IMG/VR virus record: IMGVR_UViG_3300032038_000051
Coordinates: 1 to 12,739 of that record
DNA: 12,739 bases
DNA from: a virus
Taxonomy: Duplodnaviria > Heunggongvirae > Uroviricota > Caudoviricetes
Reading direction: 5' to 3' (one strand)
Shown: piece by piece, positions 7,161 to 12,739 of the stretch
How positions within the stretch are numbered: position 1 is the stretch's first letter
Layout of the letters: each line of letters begins with the position of its first letter
Made by a program: the position numbers and the translations under genes
Notes under the pieces: model-generated
What the model was told of the DNA's origin: nothing
Databases searched by the model: none
Seen by the model: the letters and a program-made list of their open reading frames with translations, nothing else

Positions 7161-7286
7161 ATGGAAAAGGGAAAGCCTACAGCGGAGATTCCGCCCAAGG
7201 AAGTGCGCGTAAGAAAGATGGCCTCCGTCCTCCTGCCGCTCTATCGCGAGTGGCTCCGGCAGGGCAAGCCCAAGCGGGAGGGATAG
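7161..7286 (+). CDS. 41-aa hypothetical early protein MEKGKPTAEIPPKEVRVRKMASVLLPLYREWLRQGKPKREG (not in the ORF track)
   Basis: AAGGAG RBS 6 nt upstream of ATG 7161; in the early lytic direction. Confidence 0.55.
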   Translation: MEKGKPTAEIPPKEVRVRKMASVLLPLYREWLRQGKPKREG

Positions 7287-7887
7287 CGCGACCTGTGGGC
7301 GTGCCCCCTTGGCGGGACTGGCGGCTTTGGAACAGGACCAAGCCGATAGTGCGGACAGCCAGCCTCGCCAAAGGAGCGCACCTGCGTTCCACGCACCTTG
7401 AAAACCGAGAGCGGCGCTACGTTGTAGCCACACAAGGAACCGGCGTGATCCTGCGTCGGGTGGCGTGGTCGCTATACAAAAGCAACGGAGGGTCGCGGGC
7501 TGCCGAAAAGGCTGGCCTGCGGACCAGAGACGTAACTCCTCGGCACGGGGAGGACATGGAAGACGTGCTGCGCAGTCACATCCTGCGTCGAGTGACAGAT
7601 GTGCGGCCGGCTATGCGGGGATTCGAGACCGTAGGCCGGCGAGGTGGGCCTGGGACAAGGCGCACGGCGCTTCGAGCGCAACAAAGAAATCAAGCCCACC
7701 TGGCTCGCGAGCGAGGTGGCTGAGAGAGCCTCGCCCATCGAGTGCGCGGGGACGTGAACGGTTCCGAGGCCGCTCCCGAGGTGACGCTCGGGGGCGGCTT
7801 GCAGGCGGCAATCCTGACCGGACGCCGCCACATATGATACGCGAGCGGGAGGCCGCGAGACCTCCCGCCGACGTTCGAGGAGGACTA

Positions 7888-8133
7888 ATGGCCGAAGATA
7901 AGAACGCAGACGGACGCGAGAGCACTGACCGCGAGGCCCGCATAAGGGCGCTTGACTTGACGATCCTGGTCGTCTCCGAGACGGTGCGAGACGCCGCGGA
8001 GGCCGCGTCGAAGTTCGGATTCGCGCCGGACGCAATGGCAGCGCTCACGCAGTCGACCGACGCGCTGTGCAGGCTCGCGCACGAGGCGACCGCGATCGAG
8101 GTCGAGCTCGCTGACGTGCCCGAGAAAGCATAG
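7888..8133 (+). CDS. Hypothetical protein (81 aa, helical)
   Basis: GGAGGA RBS before ATG 7888, phage-like codon usage; real part of the 7465..8133 ORF. Confidence 0.7.
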   Translation: MAEDKNADGRESTDREARIRALDLTILVVSETVRDAAEAASKFGFAPDAMAALTQSTDALCRLAHEATAIEVELADVPEKA

Positions 8134-8145
8134 GCCACCATTAAC

Positions 8146-8217
8146 GCCCCGTTGGCCCAATGGACAAGGCGCTCGCCTCCTAAGCGAGAGCTCCGGGTTC
8201 GACTCCCGGACGGGGCA
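8146..8217 (+). tRNA. tRNA-Arg(CCU), CCA not fully encoded (ACCT)
   Basis: Acceptor GCCCCGT/ACGGGGC, D loop with TGG, anticodon stem CTCGC/GCGAG with loop CT-CCT-AA (anticodon 8179-8181), T arm CCGGG-TTCGACT-CCCGG. Confidence 0.93.
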
Positions 8218-8278
8218 CCTATGTATACACGGAGCGTCATGCGAGGCATCAGCGCGTCGCGCAAGCCGCTCCGTCATC

Positions 8279-8381
8279 TACCGTGTACCGCACGGGAAGT
8301 CACGCCTGTGGAGTGCTCTCAAGACCCTTCGGGGCAATGCACGACGAAGCAGGAACTCACGCCAGTCGTGGGTGGAGGTCC
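8279..8381 (+). ncRNA. Stand-alone TnpB omegaRNA (reRNA)-like scaffold 1
   Basis: TACCGTG-TACCG-CACGGGAA, ACGCCTGTGGAG (8302-8313), AAGAC, cTTCGg hairpin, GAAGCAGGAA (8346-8355), terminal stem CTCACG/CGTGGG, end GGAGGTCC. Same blocks and order as 10234-10364 and as IS605-group tnpB 3' ends (translated tail ACG...KQE). No tnpB ORF directly upstream. Confidence 0.8.
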
Positions 8382-8403
8382 GCGTATTCGCAGGTAGGGA
8401 AGT

Positions 8404-9036
8404 CTTTCACCCGCGCAAGCGTGGGAAGGTCCCATGTGCAAGCCTTTTTCCGTCACCTCTAGGCCTTTCACCCGCGCAAGCGTGGGAAGGTCCTACGTCG
8501 AAATCATCCACCGTGGCGCGCTGGACTTTCGCCCGCACGAGCGTGGGAAGGTCCGCTATAGCGAGGACGAGCTAAGCCCGGTCGAGCTTTCACCCGCGCA
8601 AGCGTGGGAAGGTCCGTGAGCCGAAAGCACGTCAACGACCTTCTAAGCTTTCACCCGCGCAAGCGTGGGAAGGTCTTAGCAATGGGCAACAACGCGAAAG
8701 AAAAGGCCCTTTCACCCGCGCAAGCGTGGGAAGGTCCACGTTAACGCGGAAGAAGGCCCGAGCCGCGTTCTTTCACCCGCGCAAGCGTGGGAAGGTCCGC
8801 TATAGCGAGGACGAGCTAAGCCCGGTCGAGCTTTCGCCCGCGCGAGCGTGGGAAGGTCCACGATCCACGGACTCGCGATGCTCGCCTTGGTCTTTCGCCC
8901 GCGTGAGTGAGGGAAGGTCCGCATGCCGTCGGCCAGGTCGATGAGGTCGAGCTTTCACCAGCGTGGGCGTGGGAAGGTCCGGGACAGCGTGAAGCGCGAT
9001 CCAAAGGCTTTCGCCCGCACGAGCGTGGGAAGGTCC
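8404..9036 (+). CRISPR. CRISPR array 1: 11 repeats (29 nt, CTTTCACCCGCGCAAGCGTGGGAAGGTCC), 10 spacers, type I-E-like repeat
   Basis: Repeats start at 8404, 8465, 8526, 8587, 8648, 8709, 8770, 8831, 8892, 8952, 9008. Spacers are 32 nt x8, then 31 and 27. 61-nt period. Degeneracy increases rightwards, so the leader is on the left. Confidence 0.97.
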
Positions 9037-9083
9037 TGGGCGTAGAGCGTGTCTACGACGACGACAACTAAAGAAGCGATAAT

Positions 9084-10214
9084 ATGATTAGTAGAGCATA
9101 TAAGTTCAGAATTTACCCGAACAAGACGCAGGCCGAACTCATCGAGGAGACGTTCAGGGCGTGCCGATACGTGTGGAACATCGCACTCGAATGCAAGAAG
9201 GTCGAATGGGATGACAGAGGAAAGAACGTTTCGGCGTACGAGCTGATGAAGCTCCTCACCGGCGTGAAGTCCGTATGCACATGGCTGTACGACGTGCCTA
9301 ACTCGGCCATGCAGCAGTCCATACGAGACCTCGACGTCGCGTTCAAGAACTTCTTCAGGCGAGTCAAGAACGGCGAGAAGCCCGGCTATCCGAAGTTCAA
9401 GAAGGCGGGATGCAGCTTCCAGAGCTACAGGACTCCTGCCGCCGGGAACGCGGTACGCGTCATCGACGACCGTCACGTCAAATTGCCGAAGCTCGGCAAG
9501 GTCAAGTGCCGCATCACGCAGACGCCGCAAGGACATCTGCTGAGCGCCACCGTCAGCAGGACTCCATCTGGAAAGTACTTCTGTTCGATAACGTGCGAGA
9601 ACGTGCCGGAGCCGTACATGGAAGACGGCACCCTCGACGTCATGGGCGTCCGTCTCGGCGTACGCGACCTCATCACGTGCTCGGACGGCGTGAGGGTCGA
9701 GAACCCGAGGGCGCTGTCGAAGTCCGAGAGGAAGCTCAGGCGCGAGCAGCGCAGGCTGAGCCGCAAAAAGAGGGGCTCGGCGAATTACAGGAAGCAGAAG
9801 CAGAAGGTCGCGCTGGTCCACGAGAGGGTCGCCAACCAGAGGAGAGACAACATCCACAAGGCGACCACGAGGATCGTCCGCGACAGCAAGGCGATCGCCG
9901 TGTCGTCCAACGACGTGGCTGGGATGATGCGCTCGAAGAAGTTCTCCAAGGCAGTCGCGGACGCGAGCATGTCGGAGGTCAAGCGGCAGCTGGCGTACAA
10001 GGCGCAGTGGTACGGGCGCGACCTCGTCGAGGTTGACGCGAGCACGGCGTTCGGCAGCACGTGCGGGCGATGCGGCGCGCAAGCGGAGCTCAAGGTCGGC
10101 ACGACTCGCTGGACGTGCCCGAAGTGCGGCGCCCACCACGACTACGCGCTGAACGCGGCAAGGAACATAGCGGCCATCGGCATGGCCGAGATCAGAAGGG
10201 GCGGGCGACCGTAA
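9084..10214 (+). CDS. tnpB: TnpB-family protein, predicted nuclease-dead (TldR-like)
   Basis: AYKFRIYPN HTH start, GYPKFK, LPKLG, ZnF CGRC/CPKC, NAARNI. RuvC-I GVRLG (D>R190), RuvC-II AVSSND (E>S274), RuvC-III HDYALN (D>A355). Confidence 0.92.
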   Translation: MISRAYKFRIYPNKTQAELIEETFRACRYVWNIALECKKVEWDDRGKNVSAYELMKLLTGVKSVCTWLYDVPNSAMQQSIRDLDVAFKNFFRRVKNGEKPGYPKFKKAGCSFQSYRTPAAGNAVRVIDDRHVKLPKLGKVKCRITQTPQGHLLSATVSRTPSGKYFCSITCENVPEPYMEDGTLDVMGVRLGVRDLITCSDGVRVENPRALSKSERKLRREQRRLSRKKRGSANYRKQKQKVALVHERVANQRRDNIHKATTRIVRDSKAIAVSSNDVAGMMRSKKFSKAVADASMSEVKRQLAYKAQWYGRDLVEVDASTAFGSTCGRCGAQAELKVGTTRWTCPKCGAHHDYALNAARNIAAIGMAEIRRGGRP

Positions 10215-10233
10215 GGCCGTCCGACGGCAGCGG

Positions 10234-10364
10234 TACCGCGTGTCACGCGGGAACCGGGAGAAATCCGAACGCCTGTGGAGACTGAGTAAGACCGGGCATC
10301 CCCGGCAATGGTCGCAGAAGCAGGAACCCGCATTCGTGGTGGCGAAAGCAAATGGGATTCGTCC
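10234..10364 (+). ncRNA. omegaRNA-like scaffold 2 downstream of tnpB
   Basis: TACCGCG-TGTCA-CGCGGGAA, ACGCCTGTGGAG (10269-10280), TAAGAC, hairpin CCGGG/CCCGG, GAAGCAGGAA (10317-10326), terminal stem CCCGCATT.../AATGGG, end ATTCGTCC. Usual position 3' of tnpB; out-of-frame NACGD and SQKQE tail remnants. Confidence 0.85.
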
Positions 10365-10395
10365 CGAGTCGACGCAAACGCGCAGGCAGCCTAGT

Positions 10396-10703
10396 GTGTC
10401 ACCCCCACGCATGTGGGATGGCCCCTCCGTGACGAATGCGGATCGCTTGTCCGCATGTGTCACCCCCACGCATGTGGGATGGCCCGCGCTAACGGCGGAG
10501 AGCTTGGAGAGATGTCGCCCGTACGCACGCGGGATGACCCGAGCAGATGAGGATTAACCGCGCGTCGCCCATACGTGTGTGGGATGACCCCAAGATCTGG
10601 AGGATTATGAGTCCTCTGTGCTGCGTCTCTCGTACGAGTGTTGGATGACCCGTCGTGAGTGACGAGGAGGAGAGGCGTCGCCTGCACGCATGTGAGATGA
10701 CCC
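10396..10703 (+). CRISPR. CRISPR-like array 2: 6 degenerate 29-nt repeats (GTGTCACCCCCACGCATGTGGGATGGCCC), 5 spacers
   Basis: Repeats at 10396 and 10457 are identical (61-nt period); degenerate copies at 10512, 10562, 10623 and 10675 all keep GTC at positions 3-5 and the GATGRCCC end. Spacers 32, 26, 21, 32, 23 nt. Confidence 0.85.
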
Positions 10704-10750
10704 CCCACGTCGCACGCCGCGCGCATGCGGCGTGCCCTAAGGAGTACGAA

Positions 10751-11530
10751 ATGTCAAACGAGACCAACCTCTCGACGGTCAACGGAGCGCTCGCCAACCT
10801 CGACGGGTTCCTCGCGTCCATCGACGACGCGAAGAGCGCCGACGACGCGCTGTGGCAGGCGAAGCTGATGGACGAGTTCCTGAGGAAGGCCGACGAGTGC
10901 GGCGAGTACGCGGCCGCCTTCTGCCTTCGCGAGGCCCAGATACTCGTGAGGGCCGCCTCCCTTCCCGACCACCTCGAGGTCAGGAGACGTAAGGGGATGA
11001 TAGCCTGGCTGCGGTCCAAGACGATCGAGCAGGTGCAGGAGATCCTCGACGAGTGCGCGACCGGCGTGCGCATAGGCGTGATAAAGGCGCGCGAGACCAG
11101 GGCGGCGAACGCGCAGGACTGCAGGGACCGCCAGATCGACGAGTTCAAGCGGATAAGCAGCAAGCTCATCGACGAGGTCGGCGCGACCGGACGAACCACG
11201 ATATCCGTCGAGCGCTTCTACGCCGAGTGGCGACTCGCCGAGACGCCTGACAGGCAGACGATGGCCGCGTTCAGGGAGAAGACCAAGAACGACGCGCTCG
11301 GGTTGGGCGCAGTGGGCCTCGGAGACGGCTCCGGCACGTACGCGATACCCGTGAAGTGCGACCGCGAGGACACGAGGCTCTACGTCGAGAACAGGCTGAG
11401 GTCGATGCACCATGACATCGTCTCGCTCACCAAGCATTGCAGGGCGTCGAACTTCGCCGTGGCCCACTGCGCGACCGACGCGCTCAGGGCGGACCTCGAC
11501 GAGCTGGAGGCGCTCAATGACCGAGATTGA
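10751..11530 (+). CDS. Hypothetical phage protein (259 aa)
   Basis: AAGGAG RBS before ATG 10751 (MSNETNLSTV...), strong GC3 bias; no family recognised. Confidence 0.75.
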   Translation: MSNETNLSTVNGALANLDGFLASIDDAKSADDALWQAKLMDEFLRKADECGEYAAAFCLREAQILVRAASLPDHLEVRRRKGMIAWLRSKTIEQVQEILDECATGVRIGVIKARETRAANAQDCRDRQIDEFKRISSKLIDEVGATGRTTISVERFYAEWRLAETPDRQTMAAFREKTKNDALGLGAVGLGDGSGTYAIPVKCDREDTRLYVENRLRSMHHDIVSLTKHCRASNFAVAHCATDALRADLDELEALNDRD

Positions 11531-11957
11531 CGTGAGGGACGTCTACGACGTCGCGCATGGCAGGCAGGTGGACATGGAGTCGCGTCGCGGGGACCCGTTC
11601 AGGTGCGTCGACACGACCGACATGGGGTTCGCCAAGGACGTGTCGCGCAAGCTCATGGACGTCGAGCACTCGCTCGAGAACCTCGTGCAGACGGTACGGT
11701 CAAGCGGCGACTGCGTGAGGTTCGCGTTCGGCGCCGGCAGGCGCACCAGCCACGGGGTCTCGTACGACCTGTGGTCGGTCGCGGCCCTCGTGGCGGCGAT
11801 ATACGACGGCATCGCGAACGGCGAGGACGACAGGTCCGTCTACCTCAAGTCTGACGCTCGCTGCAAGGGCGTCGCCGACGACGCGGTCGTCGCGTCGATG
11901 TCCGGGGCGTACGACGTCGACGCATATGCGCGCGAGTTCGCGCGCAACCTATCGTAG
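11517..11957 (+). CDS. Hypothetical phage protein (146 aa)
   Basis: GGAGG at 11506-11510, ATG 11517 (MTEIDVRDVY...), overlaps the upstream gene end; no family recognised. Confidence 0.7.
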   Translation: MTEIDVRDVYDVAHGRQVDMESRRGDPFRCVDTTDMGFAKDVSRKLMDVEHSLENLVQTVRSSGDCVRFAFGAGRRTSHGVSYDLWSVAALVAAIYDGIANGEDDRSVYLKSDARCKGVADDAVVASMSGAYDVDAYAREFARNLS

Positions 11958-11965
11958 CAACAACA

Positions 11966-12182
11966 CAGAGCCGTCGGCAGGGCCCACCCGACTTCGGGCC
12001 GGTCAGCTTCGCCGGACCCGTCGAAAGGGAGCACCATCTGCGTTCCTTTCCTGCGCAGGCAACCTGACGCGGGCGGGCCGTGCCGGCGGCTCTGGCACGA
12101 CCGAGCGTCACGTGGGGGCGCGCCGCGACCAGAAGGTTTCCCCACACCACAGAGCAACTGGCGCGCCCGCACGGGGCGCTCG
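11966..12182 (+). ncRNA. Putative structured RNA / leader of unknown class
   Basis: 20-bp closing stem 11966-11985/12075-12094 (1 mismatch, 1 G-U) enclosing several short hairpins; second long interrupted stem 12102-12124/12160-12182. Confidence 0.45.
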
Positions 12183-12196
12183 GAGGGGAGCGAGGA

Positions 12197-12739
12197 ATGA
12201 TAACGATGACGGTGGACCCGCGGTCCTACTACGGCGACGTCCTGTACGAGAACCCGACCTTCTCCTTCCGCGAGGGCGTGACGGTCCTCGTTGGATGCAA
12301 CGGCAGCGGCAAGACGACGTTGATGAGGAGGCTCGAGGCCGCGCTCGCCGGCGTCGAGGACGTGTCGACCCGCACGTTCGACCTACGCGACGTCGAGGGG
12401 TTCCTGAGCCGCGCGCTCGTTCAGCCCGACGGCGGGTCCGACATGGCCGCGATCCTCGGCTCGAGCGAGGGCGAGCGCGTCGTCGTCCTGCTCGGCAAGG
12501 CGCTCGGATGGGCGTGGGCGCAATGCGAGCGCGGCGTCCCGAGGGTCCTGCTGATGCTCGACTCGCTCGACTCGGGGGCCGACGTCCCCACGATCGACCG
12601 CGTCGTCGACGCACTCGAGACCACCGTATGCGAGGTCGCCGACGCTTACGGTACGAGGCTGCACGTGCTGGTCTCGGCCAACACCTACGAGCTCGCGAGG
12701 GGACGGCGCTGCGTCGACGTCTCGACCGGGATGGTCAGG
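12197..12739 (+). CDS. ABC-type/AAA ATPase (3'-truncated by window; not in the ORF track)
   Basis: MITMTVDPRSYYG...VTVLVGCNGSGKTTL (Walker A), SSEGE (signature-like), LLMLDSLDSGAD (Walker B/D-loop-like); open to the window end. Confidence 0.85.
   Translation, partial: MITMTVDPRSYYGDVLYENPTFSFREGVTVLVGCNGSGKTTLMRRLEAALAGVEDVSTRTFDLRDVEGFLSRALVQPDGGSDMAAILGSSEGERVVVLLGKALGWAWAQCERGVPRVLLMLDSLDSGADVPTIDRVVDALETTVCEVADAYGTRLHVLVSANTYELARGRRCVDVSTGMVR

Larger units (their letters stand above)
1..12739. mobile_element. Temperate phage/prophage segment (DGR, lysis, integration, immunity, early accessory region)
   Basis: Holin plus endolysin, large serine integrase, divergent XRE repressor/Cro pair with operators, DGR, tRNA; no host housekeeping genes recognised. 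Confidence 0.93.

Noticed and set aside
8372-9004. Short ORFs across array 1
   Set aside because: They are translations of repeat-spacer units with periodic peptide motifs.
9084-10364. Active IS200/IS605 or IS607 element
   Set aside because: No tnpA, RuvC triad lost, no canonical TCAA/TCAC right end recognised; the serine recombinase is a distant phage integrase.
10655-10750. Upstream GTG start for the 291-aa ORF
   Set aside because: It overlaps the last repeat of array 2; ATG 10751 has a clear AAGGAG RBS.
11990-12040. SRP RNA or hammerhead ribozyme
   Set aside because: Lacks the SRP domain IV GGAA/AGCAG arrangement and the CUGANGA core.
12567-12576. Sequence at the scaffold 2 end/guide junction (CCCGAGTCGA) matching the ATPase gene antisense
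   Set aside because: A 10-nt match only; not distinguishable from chance.
8279-12739. cas genes or Cas6/Cascade subunits near the arrays
   Set aside because: None of the neighbouring ORFs shows Cas1, Cas2, Cas3, Cas5, Cas6 or Cas7 motifs that I can recognise. Remote homology is not excluded without HMMs.

Overview
GC-rich temperate phage segment (host probably an actinobacterium such as Coriobacteriia; this is inference). Order: 3' end of a diversity-generating retroelement (target gene with VR, hairpin, TR, reverse transcriptase), lysis cassette (two membrane/holin genes, modular endolysin), convergent large serine integrase, a 14-bp tandem repeat, a cI/cro-like switch with operators, small early genes and a tRNA-Arg(CCU). 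Then comes the most unusual block: TnpB omegaRNA-like scaffold 1, an 11-repeat type I-E-like CRISPR array, a TnpB with all three RuvC catalytic residues replaced, omegaRNA-like scaffold 2, and a second 6-repeat array with a different repeat. No cas or transposase gene is present. Each scaffold's terminal stem arm is complementary to the 3' half of its own array's repeat, suggesting a nuclease-dead TnpB guided by CRISPR spacers through a tracrRNA-like omegaRNA. One spacer encodes a near-synonymous variant of a small gene in this phage, pointing to phage-versus-phage targeting. The window ends with two hypothetical genes, a structured intergenic region and a partial ABC-type ATPase. All alignments and folds were done by eye; no database searches were run.
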